From positions 2,624,001-2,688,000 of the forward strand of contig OY970355.1 in the NCBI GenBank assembly GCA_963718525.1: a stretch of DNA of 64,000 nucleotides. Reading direction: 5' to 3'. This document shows positions 29,918 through 39,734 of this stretch, piece after piece. The stretch is from Candidatus Dormiibacterota bacterium. Lineage in GTDB: Bacteria; Chloroflexota; Dormibacteria; Aeolococcales; Aeolococcaceae. The notes below the pieces were generated by a model. The model was not told the origin of the DNA. It saw nothing but the letters and a program-made list of their open reading frames with translations, and ran no database searches. Every line of letters begins with the position of its first letter. Position 1 is the first letter of the stretch. Made by a program: the position numbers and the translations under genes.

Positions 29918-30892
29918 TCAGATCCTGCGCTCGACGACGTAGTCGCAGACGCGCTCCAGGGTGTCACGCGCAGCCGACGGAGGGAAACCGCTCAGCTCCG
30001 CAGCGGCTTCGTGGGCGAACTCCTGGGCGCTTCGCTCTGCCTGGGCGATCGCGTCCGACCCGCGGACCAGGCCGACAACCGTATCGAAGTCATCCTCGTT
30101 GAGGTCAGTCTTGTCCAGAATATGGCGGAGGCGAGGCCCGACATCGCCGTCGGCGAGAGCGAGCATCAGGGGCAATGTCACCGTTCCCTGACGTAGATCG
30201 GCGCCCACCGGCTTGCCAACTTCAGCGCTGGTCGCGACGTAATCGAGCACGTCGTCAGCGATCTGAAACGCCATCCCGAGGCTGTGGCCGTACCGGCGAA
30301 GCCTCTCGACCGATTCGGCATCCAGCCCGGCGATCAGGCCTCCTCCATAGCAACTGGTGCTGACCAGGGTCGCCGTCTTGCGCCCGATCTTGCGGTGGTA
30401 GTCGGCCAGTGACTGGTCGTACTCGTTGCGGCTCGTCATCTGGAGCAATTCGCCCATGCAGATCGTCATGACGGCGTGGCTGATTGCCGAGTCGATGGCC
30501 GGCATCCCGATCTCAGCAAGCAGGTACGCGCCTTTGGCGAAGTAGTAGTCGCCAATGATCACCGCGGGATCGGGGCCGAGCGCTTCGTGGATCGTTGTGA
30601 TGCCGCGCCGGGTGGGCGCCTTGTCGATCAGGTCATCGTGAACCAGCGTCGCCGTGTGGATGAACTCGATGCCCATCGCAAGGTTGAAGACGCTGTTGGA
30701 CTCGGCCTCCCCGAGGCGCGCGGCCAGGATGACCAGCGCCGGGCGCAGACGCTTCCCGCCGGCTTTGACGATGTGCGACATCGCGCTCGCCATCGGGCCG
30801 AGGTCCGAGGCGATCTCCGCATCGAGGCGCCGCTCGAACTCGATCAGTTCTGCCGAGATCGGCTCCAGGAGCTCCTCGGCCACGATGCTCAT
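29918..30892 (-). CDS. Polyprenyl diphosphate synthase (HepT/IspB-like)
   Basis: GGKRLRP, HDDLID, RRG, KT, FQIADDVLD. Confidence 0.94.
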   Translation of the reverse strand: MSIVAEELLEPISAELIEFERRLDAEIASDLGPMASAMSHIVKAGGKRLRPALVILAARLGEAESNSVFNLAMGIEFIHTATLVHDDLIDKAPTRRGITTIHEALGPDPAVIIGDYYFAKGAYLLAEIGMPAIDSAISHAVMTICMGELLQMTSRNEYDQSLADYHRKIGRKTATLVSTSCYGGGLIAGLDAESVERLRRYGHSLGMAFQIADDVLDYVATSAEVGKPVGADLRQGTVTLPLMLALADGDVGPRLRHILDKTDLNEDDFDTVVGLVRGSDAIAQAERSAQEFAHEAAAELSGFPPSAARDTLERVCDYVVERRI

Positions 30893-31746
30893 GATCCCGC
30901 CGCAAGCCGGAACGCCTGCGGCACCGGTCGGACCAGGCTCGGATTCGGGAGTGGCTCGGTGAAGAGGCGCGCGGCGCTCGCCGTGAACCGCGCCGGAGCT
31001 GCCGTGACGAGCAGTTCGGTGCGGGCAGCCGTGGACGCAGGGTCCGATCCGGCCGGCACGCCGGCACCGATCCTGTTGACGTCCACGATCCGGCTCACTC
31101 GCGACGCTGTGGTATCGGCACTGTCGACAACTCGGAGGCGGCGCGATCCGATCAAGCGTCGCAGCGCGGGCCGCAGCAATGGATAGTGGGTGCAGCCGAG
31201 AACCAGCGTGTCGGCGCGCCACGCGAAGACGCGCTCGAGCACGGGAAGGAGCGCCGCGTCTGCTCGGGGTGTATCGGCATCGCCGTCCTCAACGATCTCG
31301 ACTAGCTCGGGTGCCACCTCGCTGAGCACGTGAATCCCCGGGTTGGCCTCCTTGATGGCATGTACGTACTCGCCGCTCGCACGCGTGCCCTCGGTGCTGA
31401 GGACGGCGACCCGCCCATTGCGCGTCGCCGCGGCGGCCGCCTGGGCTCCGGGAGCGATCACGCCGACCACCGGGATGTCAAAACGCTCGCGCGCGACGTG
31501 CAGCGCCGCTGCGGTCGCGGTGTTGCACGCGATCACGACGAGCTTGGTGTCCATGCCCACCAGCATGGCGATGATGTCCAGGGCGAGGCCGCGCACCTCA
31601 CGCTGTGAGCGCGGCCCATATGGAAAATGCTCCAGGTCGGCGACGTAGACGAGACCTTCCGCAGGCATCTGATGGCGGATCTCGCGGAGCACGGTCAGGC
31701 CGCCGACACCGGAGTCGAACACGCCGATCGGGCGCGAGTCGCTCAT
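30889..31746 (-). CDS. murI: Glutamate racemase
   Basis: FDSGVGGLTV, PYG, ACNTA, LGCTHYP. Confidence 0.97.
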   Translation of the reverse strand: MSDSRPIGVFDSGVGGLTVLREIRHQMPAEGLVYVADLEHFPYGPRSQREVRGLALDIIAMLVGMDTKLVVIACNTATAAALHVARERFDIPVVGVIAPGAQAAAAATRNGRVAVLSTEGTRASGEYVHAIKEANPGIHVLSEVAPELVEIVEDGDADTPRADAALLPVLERVFAWRADTLVLGCTHYPLLRPALRRLIGSRRLRVVDSADTTASRVSRIVDVNRIGAGVPAGSDPASTAARTELLVTAAPARFTASAARLFTEPLPNPSLVRPVPQAFRLAAGS

Positions 31747-32333
31747 TCGATCCGCAGGATAGCAGGGGGGGCTGTCACGCCAGGTCCCGACAGGAAGAGG
31801 CCCATGAGCAGCATGTCCCTGTCCCCGCTCGGCATGCGCACCTCTCCCCGGAGCAGGCCCTCGTCCTCGAACCCGAGGGATCGGTAGAGGGCGATGGCGC
31901 GCCCGTTGTCCGGAAACACCCGCAGGCTGAGCTTGGCGAGCCCGACCGCGCGTCCCCAGTCGATCGCCATCTCCATGAGGGATCGTCCGAGCCCTATGCC
32001 GCGCTGCGCGTTACTGACAATGATGGCTATTTCACCGACGTGTGCGTAGTGTTTCCCGGCTCGCCGCTGGACCATCAGGTGGCCGGCGGGAACGCCGTCC
32101 ACTTCGAGTGTCAGGCTGAGCCCACCTTCGAGCGCGATCGAGACGAGCCGGGAGCTCTGCTCGATGGTGTCGGGCTCGCCTGGCACCGCGGCAATGAGCT
32201 CGCCCTCCCCCGCCACCGCCTCGATCAGGGCCGCGAGATCCGGTGCGTCGCCATCGTGCGACGGGCGGATCGAGTACGGACGTCCGCCAGGCGTCACCCC
32301 TTCGCGTCGAAGTGACGGCCGCGGACCGCTCAT
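31743..32333 (-). CDS. GNAT N-acetyltransferase
   Basis: QRGIGLGR, N.RAIALYRSLGF. Confidence 0.9.
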   Translation of the reverse strand: MSGPRPSLRREGVTPGGRPYSIRPSHDGDAPDLAALIEAVAGEGELIAAVPGEPDTIEQSSRLVSIALEGGLSLTLEVDGVPAGHLMVQRRAGKHYAHVGEIAIIVSNAQRGIGLGRSLMEMAIDWGRAVGLAKLSLRVFPDNGRAIALYRSLGFEDEGLLRGEVRMPSGDRDMLLMGLFLSGPGVTAPPAILRIE

Positions 32334-33379
32334 ACGGCGACGGAGAGACCTGACTCCTCGTGCATCGTGGTTGCGCTGTCCGCGATGCGACGCGCGATCC
32401 CGCTCGCGCTCATCACGGTCATGTGACCGTGTGGATAGGTCCAGAGATCCGTCTGCCAGGCGTTGGCGAGCTCGGTCACCGGATCCGGACCGACCACCAG
32501 GTCCTGCATCGCACGCACCAGGGTGATCCGGTCGCCGGGCGTCCGCGGCGTGTGGTTGCGAGCCACCAGCGGGGCGAGCGTCGACTGGAGGAACCGGCCG
32601 GCGCTCGCGCGGTCCGGACCCCAGGAGCCGCTGAACTCGCCGATCATGCCCAGGTGGCGCAGCGAAGGCGTCGGGGGACGCTGCGAGAGGGTCGTCGCCG
32701 GATCACAGAACGGTGCCACAGCGATGACCCGGTCGAGCTCAAGCTCTGCGGCCAGGAGAGTGGCGATCAAGCCGCCGAGGCTGACACCCACCACCGACAC
32801 GTGCGGACTCACCTCGGCGCGAGCCCAGGCGATCACCGCCGCAGCGTCCTCGACCGATTGGCGAACCACGGCCCTGATGTGAGCCGGATCGAGACTGAAG
32901 TACCCATCGCCGCTTCGCTGACCGTGCAGCGTGCGCCGGAGGTGATACGGCAGGTCGAGGCGCGCGGTATGTGCCCCGCGCAGGCGCATCTGCTTGGCGA
33001 GCCACCGGTCATAGGTCGTCTGCGGGACCGCATACCCATGCAGCATCAGCACGAATGGAGCAGGTCCGGGATCCCGGCGCACGTGGGCGGTCGCAACCAG
33101 GCGGCGGCTGCCCCAGTGCCCACCTGGACCCGCGCTGTCGCCCTCGAGCTCGAGCTCGCGCCATCGCGGGCCCCCAAAGGATTCCCACTCGCGATTCACC
33201 CGGATGGGGCGAGGATCGTGAACGCGGCTCTGCTCCCAGAACTCGACAGGATCGGCGGGGGTCCGGTCGATCACATCAGGTCGCGAGAGTCCGACCGCTG
33301 TCAGGCGGACATGGACCATCCGATCCAGGATCAGCGAAACCGTCCCGATGAGCCGGTCGTGCGGAGTCTCGGAAGCCAT
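32330..33379 (-). CDS. Alpha/beta hydrolase
   Basis: LHG, GVSLGG nucleophile elbow, D and C-terminal GH. Confidence 0.85.
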   Translation of the reverse strand: MASETPHDRLIGTVSLILDRMVHVRLTAVGLSRPDVIDRTPADPVEFWEQSRVHDPRPIRVNREWESFGGPRWRELELEGDSAGPGGHWGSRRLVATAHVRRDPGPAPFVLMLHGYAVPQTTYDRWLAKQMRLRGAHTARLDLPYHLRRTLHGQRSGDGYFSLDPAHIRAVVRQSVEDAAAVIAWARAEVSPHVSVVGVSLGGLIATLLAAELELDRVIAVAPFCDPATTLSQRPPTPSLRHLGMIGEFSGSWGPDRASAGRFLQSTLAPLVARNHTPRTPGDRITLVRAMQDLVVGPDPVTELANAWQTDLWTYPHGHMTVMSASGIARRIADSATTMHEESGLSVAV

Positions 33380-33452
33380 GGCAATACCCTCAGGGCTAAT
33401 CATGACCCGAAACACCGATTGCGTAACTTCCTTGCGTAGAACCTGATCGAAC

Positions 33453-33983
33453 GTGGCCGTGCCCGAGTCGCCGCCCCCGCTGCGCGTGGTTGCCGCCCCA
33501 GAACAATCCAACGACTGGGAGCGCGTCTACCAGGAGCATGTTGCTCCCCTCTATCGATACGTCTACTCGAGAACCGGCAACACCCCGGATGCTGAGGACG
33601 TCACATCGACCACCTTTCTCAGAGCGATGCCCCGGCTGCGGTCCGATGTCTCGGCCGCGGAGATCCGGGCATACCTGCGCGCCACCGCTCGCACTGTGCT
33701 CGCCGACGTCTGGCGTCAGCACCACGGCACGATCCTCGTGGAGTTCGATGATCAACGGGACGCCACTCCGCCCGTCGAGCAGGAGGACGACGTCGACGTG
33801 AGCCCCATTCTCGAACGGCTGCCTGCCAACTACCGGAGCGTGCTTGAGTTCAGGTTCCTGCGCGGGTACTCGATCCGCGAGACCGCGGCGGCCATGGGCG
33901 TGAGCGTCGCTAACGCCAAGGTGCTGCAACTGCGCGCGCTCCGTTGCGCCGCGACCACGGGGGTTCGTGATGTCGAAGGCTGA
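33453..33983 (+). CDS. ECF RNA polymerase sigma factor
   Basis: DAEDVT...FLRA region 2; LP..YR.VL..RFL.GYS..ETA..MG region 4. Confidence 0.92.
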   Translation: MAVPESPPPLRVVAAPEQSNDWERVYQEHVAPLYRYVYSRTGNTPDAEDVTSTTFLRAMPRLRSDVSAAEIRAYLRATARTVLADVWRQHHGTILVEFDDQRDATPPVEQEDDVDVSPILERLPANYRSVLEFRFLRGYSIRETAAAMGVSVANAKVLQLRALRCAATTGVRDVEG

Positions 33984-34641
33984 TCGCCGCCTGGCGCGTT
34001 TCGTCAAGGCGCTCATCGCCAACCGGAGGCCGCCGCGGTCGCCTGCGGGTGACAACTCAGCAGCCATGCAGATGGCCACGCGTCTTCGAGCCGCGCATCC
34101 AGGCGGTTCGACCCCATCCCCGGCATTCGTCGACAGGCTCGGCCGCCGGCTGCGTGAGGCGTCGGATCACGAACCCGGCTGGACCGAGGCGGGGATCCAA
34201 CGCCGCCGCTTCCTGATCGGAGGCCTTGCCACGGTTGCGGCGTCCGTCGCTGCCGGGGTGGGGGTCGAGCGGATCCGAGAGGTGATGACCGAGCCGGCCG
34301 ACGGTTCGGGCGCGATCCAGCCCTACGTCAGCAAATGGGTGGCGGTTGCGACCCTCGCTGAGGTCACGCCCGGAAAGATCAAGCAGTTCGCCGCAGGTGG
34401 CCTGCAAGGTGTCGTGTTCACGCTCGAGGGCGAGATCCGTGCTCTGAGCTCGGTGTGCACGCACCAGGGATGCACGCTGGTACCGGAGATGCCGAACAAG
34501 CTGGTCTGCCCCTGCCATCCCATGAGCTTCAACCTCACCGGCGCGGCCAACCCGGGTGAGTACCGGCTGAACCCGCTCCCCGCGATCCACACACGTGTGA
34601 ACGCGGGAAGCGTCGAGGTGCTCGTCCCCGACTGGGTCTGA
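33970..34641 (+). CDS. Rieske [2Fe-2S] protein with N-terminal extension and internal twin-arginine/TM segment; candidate anti-sigma factor
   Basis: QRRRFL + TM; CTHQGC and CPCH ligand motifs; overlaps sigma stop. Confidence 0.8.
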   Translation: MSKADRRLARFVKALIANRRPPRSPAGDNSAAMQMATRLRAAHPGGSTPSPAFVDRLGRRLREASDHEPGWTEAGIQRRRFLIGGLATVAASVAAGVGVERIREVMTEPADGSGAIQPYVSKWVAVATLAEVTPGKIKQFAAGGLQGVVFTLEGEIRALSSVCTHQGCTLVPEMPNKLVCPCHPMSFNLTGAANPGEYRLNPLPAIHTRVNAGSVEVLVPDWV

Positions 34642-34680
34642 CGCATGTTCGTGCCGGCGCGACGGCGCGACTTAGCCAGT

Positions 34681-34705
34681 GATCCGCCGCCCTGAGCCCT
34701 CCGTA
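34681..34705 (+). promoter_or_regulatory. Candidate ECF promoter GATCC-N16-CGTA upstream of the DUF4331 operon
   Basis: GATCC at 34681-34685, CGTA at 34702-34705. Confidence 0.4.
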
Positions 34706-34775
34706 CCAAGCGGTGACAGGGCGGAGTCAAGACGGCCACTCGGATCGCCAACGACCGCCCCAGCGAGGTGAACAC

Positions 34776-35045
34776 ATGGCCAAGGTGACACGGCGAACGT
34801 TCCTCTCCACGACGGTAGGGGCGGCGGGCGGAGTGGCCGCGATGGGGCTGATCGCGGGACCGAGCACTCTCGCGGAGGCGGCCCAGAACGTGGCCCGCGC
34901 AAGTGACGGTCCGGTATCCAGCGAGCCGATGACCGCATATGTGCGGGACGCGACGACCGGCGAGATCTCGGTGATGGTCGGTCATCGCGAGGTCGTGAGC
35001 AAGGACCCGCAGCTCATCCGCCGTCTGCAGCGCGCAGCGCGCTGA
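34776..35045 (+). CDS. Small Tat-signal protein
   Basis: SD GAGGTG; TRRTFL twin-arginine motif, h-region, AEA cleavage-like site. Confidence 0.8.
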   Translation: MAKVTRRTFLSTTVGAAGGVAAMGLIAGPSTLAEAAQNVARASDGPVSSEPMTAYVRDATTGEISVMVGHREVVSKDPQLIRRLQRAAR

Positions 35046-35088
35046 CGCGGCGCTTACAACAGCATTCACAACCTCACGAGGGGTACAC

Positions 35089-36468
35089 ATGTCTTCGCAC
35101 CGTGAAGCGCCGGGCATCTCGAAGGACCCGGTTGCAGACAGCACTGACCTTTACGCGTTCACCAGTCCCGATCATCCCGACACCGTGACGCTGATCGCCA
35201 ACTACATCCCGCTCGAGGGACCCGACGGCGGCCCGAACTTCTACAACTTCGGCGACGACGTCCTCTACGAGATCGTTGTCACCAACGGTGGCAGCGTGGC
35301 CGACGCCATCACCTACCAGTTCAAGTTCACCACCGAGTACACCAATCCGAACACGTTCCTCTACAACACCGGGCCGATCACCAGCCTGACCAGCTCGTCC
35401 TGGAACGTCCGTCAGTTCTATTCGGTGACGCGGATCGTGCACGGCCACGCCGAAGTGCTCGCCGGCAAGCTCGCGTGCCCGCCTGTGAACGTCGGTGTCC
35501 GCTCCACCCCCGACTACGCCAAGCTCGCGCGCGCCGCGGTGCATCCCCTCGACGGCGGCTGGGTCTTCGCGGGCCAGCGACGTGAGGGCTTCTACGTCGA
35601 CCTCGGCTCGATCTTCGATCTCGGTGCGCTGCGCCCGTTCCAGAACCTGCACCTGATCCCGCTGCCCGCGGTGGGCGGCGTCGATTCGACCAAGCCGCTC
35701 AATGTGCACACCATCGCCATCCAGGTCCACAAGACCCATCTCACCAAGAACGGTCAGATGCCCACCGATCCGGCCAGCGCCGAGTCAGTGATCGGTGTGT
35801 ACACCACCGCCAGCCGGCGCAAGTCCACCGTGCTCGAGCACGGCGGCCGGGCCATGGACGTCGGGCCCTGGGTGCAGGTATCGCGCCTTGGCATGCCCCT
35901 GGTCAACGAGGTCATCATCCCGATCGGGAAGAAGGACTTCTGGAACTCCACCAAGCCAAGCCTCGATGCCCAGTTCGTGGCCAGCTACGCGCATCCTGAG
36001 CTCGCCGGCCTGCTTCCGGTCCTGTACCCGGGCGTGTTCCCGCACCTCGCGGCGTACACCCCCGCGCGTGCCGACCTCGAGGCAATCCTGCTCACCGGCA
36101 TCCCGTCCGGCATCGTCTCCGGCTTCCAGAACTCAACCGGATCGACCCCGGCGGATCTGCTCCGCCTCAACATGGCGATCCCCCCGGCAACCTCTCCGAG
36201 CGTCAACGGCATCTTGGGCGGAGATCTCGCCGGATTCCCGAACGGGCGCCGGGTCTTCGACGACGTCGCGACGATCGAGATCCGCGCGGTCGCCGGCGCA
36301 ACCATTCCGCTGGTCGACTCCAGCTATACGGCGGACGGCGCCGCCAGCCTGGTCAGTGACTTCTCGGCCGCCCAGTTCAGCGGTGGCGCGGTGCCCGGCA
36401 ATGGCCGGTACATCGATCACTTCCCGTACCTGGGCACGCCGCACAACGGATTCGACACCCCGAGTTGA
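35089..36468 (+). CDS. DUF4331 domain protein
   Basis: SSHREAP, DSTDLYAF, QVSRLG.PLVNE, GFPNGRR, FPYL. Confidence 0.88.
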   Translation: MSSHREAPGISKDPVADSTDLYAFTSPDHPDTVTLIANYIPLEGPDGGPNFYNFGDDVLYEIVVTNGGSVADAITYQFKFTTEYTNPNTFLYNTGPITSLTSSSWNVRQFYSVTRIVHGHAEVLAGKLACPPVNVGVRSTPDYAKLARAAVHPLDGGWVFAGQRREGFYVDLGSIFDLGALRPFQNLHLIPLPAVGGVDSTKPLNVHTIAIQVHKTHLTKNGQMPTDPASAESVIGVYTTASRRKSTVLEHGGRAMDVGPWVQVSRLGMPLVNEVIIPIGKKDFWNSTKPSLDAQFVASYAHPELAGLLPVLYPGVFPHLAAYTPARADLEAILLTGIPSGIVSGFQNSTGSTPADLLRLNMAIPPATSPSVNGILGGDLAGFPNGRRVFDDVATIEIRAVAGATIPLVDSSYTADGAASLVSDFSAAQFSGGAVPGNGRYIDHFPYLGTPHNGFDTPS

Positions 36469-36779
36469 CCGAGATCGAGCCCGCCGGTCCCGCTCCGAGC
36501 GGGCCGGCGGTCCTCGACATCGGTGGGGGGACCGGGGCGCTGCTGGTGATCGTGCCGGCAGCGCTCCTCAACACCGAGATCGAGGTCAGCCCCGACCAGC
36601 GGCCCGAGGCCCGCACGCACACCGGGGTGCATGAACGGCCGATGAACGGCGAACCGGTTCCGGTCGCCCTTTTCCCATCGCTCGGTGCCGGCACCTGGAG
36701 GCTGTGGGGATCGGGTCCGTGCACCACCCTGAGCGTCGAGATCGTGGACGGTCAGGTCACCGAGATGGACTGGCGCTGA
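36465..36779 (+). CDS. Small conserved hypothetical beta-rich protein
   Basis: VLDIGG.TGAL, EIEVSP, HTGVHER; TTG overlaps DUF4331 stop. Confidence 0.7.
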   Translation: MTEIEPAGPAPSGPAVLDIGGGTGALLVIVPAALLNTEIEVSPDQRPEARTHTGVHERPMNGEPVPVALFPSLGAGTWRLWGSGPCTTLSVEIVDGQVTEMDWR

Positions 36780-36786
36780 GGGCACC

Positions 36787-36845
36787 TTGACGGTCCCCTG
36801 GGTTTGCGTCTAACGTAGCCGGATTCTACAGGCGTTCAGTAGAAT
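36787..36845 (+). promoter_or_regulatory. Sigma70-type promoter (TTGACG-N18-TAACGT) followed by palindromic operator ATTCTAC-N9-GTAGAAT
   Basis: TTGACG 36787-36792, TAACGT 36811-36816, inverted repeat 36823-36845. Confidence 0.6.
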
Positions 36846-36883
36846 TCTTTGCATCCGCACGGGCTGCCGGAGGGACCTGGTCG

Positions 36884-38254
36884 ATGGGGTTGTCTTTGGA
36901 AAACGTCGACTCGGATCGGGTCGCAACGCTGACCGCTCGCGAGGAGGCCGAGTTCCGGGCGCGGCGTACTCGGTCGAAGGAGCTCTGGAAGGAGGCCACG
37001 GAGTACATCCCTCGTGGGGTGCCGAGCTCCTTCCAGGACACGCCCCCGCAGCCGGTCTTCATCGACCACGGCAAGGGCAGCCGGGTGTGGGACGTGGACG
37101 GCAACGAGTACGCCGACTTCCACAACGGGTTTGGCGTGATGGTTGTCGGCCACGCGCACCCGGCGATCGTCGCGGCCGTGGAATCGCAACTGCATCGAGG
37201 GACCCATTTCGCGCAGCCGGTTGCCGAGAACATCGTGGTCGCGCGCGAGCTTGCGCGCCGTTTCCATCAGCCCCAATGGCGCTTCACCAACAGCGGCACC
37301 GAGTCCACCCTGGATGCGATCCGCCTGGCACGTGGCTTCACGGATCGCGAGCGGATCATCAAGATCGAAGCGTCCTACCACGGGCATCACGATGCGTTGC
37401 TGGTGTCGGTCGAACCCCCGGTGGACGCGATGGGCGACGCCGACTTCCCGAATTCGGTGCCCATGAGCGGCGGGATCCCCCAATCCACAGTCGACCTCAC
37501 CACCGTCGTGGGCTTCAACGACCTCGCCTCGCTGGAGCGCGCGTTCGCGGCGTATCCCGGAGAGGTCGCCGCAGTCATCGTCGAGCCGGCGATGATGAAC
37601 ATCGGCTTCGTGCTCCCCGAAGACGGGTACCTCGCGGGGATGGTCGAGATCGCCCACCGGCACGGCGCCGTGGCGATCTTCGATGAGGTGAAGACCGGCG
37701 TGACCATTGCGCCCGGCGGTGCCACCGAGCGCTTCGGCGTGGTGCCTGACATCGTCTGCCTCGCCAAGGCGATCGGCGGCGGGCTGCCCTGTGGCGCCGT
37801 GGGTGGTCGCGCCGACATCATGGCGACGATCACCGATGGCAAGGTCGCGCAGCTGGGCACCTTCAACGGCAATCCGCTGACCACCGCGGCCTCCCGGGCG
37901 ACGCTGCTCGAAGTGCTCACCGGCCAGGCCTACTCGCATCTCGATGCGCTCACCGAGGAGATGAGCGGCGGCCTGCGCGACGTGATGGGTGAATACCATC
38001 TGCCGTTCCATGTGGTGTCGATGGGAGCACGCGGCTGCGTGACCTATCGCAAGGACCCCGTGCGAAATTACCGGGACTACGCGGCCATGGACAAGTCGCT
38101 CGCCTACGTGTCCTGGCTCTTCCAGACCAATCGGGGTGTGCTGATGGCGCCTGGCGCCGAGGAGAACTGGACCTTGTCAGTGCAGCATTCGTCCGACGAC
38201 ATCAGGCGCTACGTCGCCAACTTTCGTGAGTTTGCGCGGGATCTCACAGCATGA
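36884..38254 (+). CDS. Class III PLP aminotransferase (GSA-aminomutase-like paralogue)
   Basis: SGTES, YHGHHD, FDEVKTG, AKAIGGG, GTFNGNP. Confidence 0.9.
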   Translation: MGLSLENVDSDRVATLTAREEAEFRARRTRSKELWKEATEYIPRGVPSSFQDTPPQPVFIDHGKGSRVWDVDGNEYADFHNGFGVMVVGHAHPAIVAAVESQLHRGTHFAQPVAENIVVARELARRFHQPQWRFTNSGTESTLDAIRLARGFTDRERIIKIEASYHGHHDALLVSVEPPVDAMGDADFPNSVPMSGGIPQSTVDLTTVVGFNDLASLERAFAAYPGEVAAVIVEPAMMNIGFVLPEDGYLAGMVEIAHRHGAVAIFDEVKTGVTIAPGGATERFGVVPDIVCLAKAIGGGLPCGAVGGRADIMATITDGKVAQLGTFNGNPLTTAASRATLLEVLTGQAYSHLDALTEEMSGGLRDVMGEYHLPFHVVSMGARGCVTYRKDPVRNYRDYAAMDKSLAYVSWLFQTNRGVLMAPGAEENWTLSVQHSSDDIRRYVANFREFARDLTA

Positions 38255-39693
38255 GCACGGTCGCGACCCGAGTCCTGCGCAACTTCGTCGACGGTGACTA
38301 TCGCGATGCGAGCTCTGACCTCACGACGCCGCTGATCAACCCGGCGACGGGCGAGGAGTTCGCCCGGGCGCCGCTCTCGAGCCCCGCCGACGTCGACGCC
38401 GCGCTCCAGGCGGCGCAGCGGGCCTTCCGCGGTTGGCGCGACACGACACCGAAGGACCGCAGCCTCGCGCTCCTCAAGATTGCTGACGCTTTCGAGCGGC
38501 GTGCGGAGGAGTTCGTCGCTCTCGAATGCGAGAACACCGGCAAGCCGATCTCGATGACCAGGAGCGAGGAGATCCCGCAGCTGATCGACCCGGTGCGGTT
38601 CTTTGCTGGCTGCGCGAGGATCCTCGAGGGTGCGAGCGCAGGCGAGTACATGGCCGGCCACACGTCGATGATCCGCCGCGAGCCGGTGGGTGTCTGCGCG
38701 CAGGTCACACCCTGGAACTACCCGATGCTCATGGCGGTATGGAAGTGGGCGCCGGCCATCGCCGCGGGAAACACCGTGGTGTTGAAGCCGTCGGACACGA
38801 CGCCGGTGACCACGTTGTTGATGGCCGAGATCATGGCCGAGTTTCTCCCCAAGGGTGTCTTCAACGTCATCTGCGGAGATCCGAGCACCGGAGCGGCGCT
38901 GGTCTCGCATCGGATTCCAGCCATGGCGTCCATCACCGGCAGCGTGCGCGCCGGCATGGAGGTCGCGCGCCTGGCAGCAGGCGACCTGAAGCGGGTCCAC
39001 CTCGAGCTCGGTGGCAAGGCGCCGGTCATCGTGTTTGATGATGCGGATATCGCCTCGACCGCCGAGATGGTCGCCATGGCCGGGTACTTCAACGCAGGGC
39101 AGGACTGCACCGCCGCGACCCGGGTGCTGGCTGCATCGTCGATACACGACGAACTGGTGGCCGCGCTCGCCGAGCAGGCGGCGGTGAACAAAACCGGTGC
39201 CCCGGACGATGACGACATCGCGTTCGGGCCGCTCAACAATGCCAGGCAACTCGATCGCGTCCGCGACCTCGTCGGAGGCGCACCATCCCATTCCGACGTT
39301 GTGGCGGGCGGGCACCGGGTCGGGGACCGCGGCTACTTCCACGAGGCGACGGTCATCGCCGGGCTGCGACAGGACGACGACCTCATCCAACGGGAGATCT
39401 TCGGCCCGGTCATCACCGTGCAGCGCTTCAGCGACGAGGAAACCGCTCTCGAGTGGGCCAACGGCGTGGAGTACGGACTCTCAGCCAGTGTCTGGACGCA
39501 TGATCACGGCCGCGCGATGCGCATGGCGCGCGCACTGGACTTCGGTTGCGTCTGGATCAACACGCACATCCCACTGGTGTCGGAGATGCCACACGGCGGG
39601 TTCAAGCATTCGGGGTACGGCAAGGATCTGTCCATGTACGGGTTCGAGGACTACACGCGCATCAAGCATGTCATGAGCAACAACGACGCCTGA
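38251..39693 (+). CDS. Gamma-aminobutyraldehyde dehydrogenase (PatD-like)
   Basis: PWNYP, ITGS, ELGGKAP, NAGQDC, EIFGPV, GYGKDLSMYGFEDYT. Confidence 0.9.
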   Translation: MSTVATRVLRNFVDGDYRDASSDLTTPLINPATGEEFARAPLSSPADVDAALQAAQRAFRGWRDTTPKDRSLALLKIADAFERRAEEFVALECENTGKPISMTRSEEIPQLIDPVRFFAGCARILEGASAGEYMAGHTSMIRREPVGVCAQVTPWNYPMLMAVWKWAPAIAAGNTVVLKPSDTTPVTTLLMAEIMAEFLPKGVFNVICGDPSTGAALVSHRIPAMASITGSVRAGMEVARLAAGDLKRVHLELGGKAPVIVFDDADIASTAEMVAMAGYFNAGQDCTAATRVLAASSIHDELVAALAEQAAVNKTGAPDDDDIAFGPLNNARQLDRVRDLVGGAPSHSDVVAGGHRVGDRGYFHEATVIAGLRQDDDLIQREIFGPVITVQRFSDEETALEWANGVEYGLSASVWTHDHGRAMRMARALDFGCVWINTHIPLVSEMPHGGFKHSGYGKDLSMYGFEDYTRIKHVMSNNDA

Positions 39694-39734
39694 TCTCTCA
39701 GGCGCGGTCAGGAGGATACGGTGAGGAGGATCAC

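Noticed and set aside
39696-39711. Additional TCTCAG-type boxes here and near 11008
   Set aside because: Second half-site is degenerate and the spacing is not 5 nt
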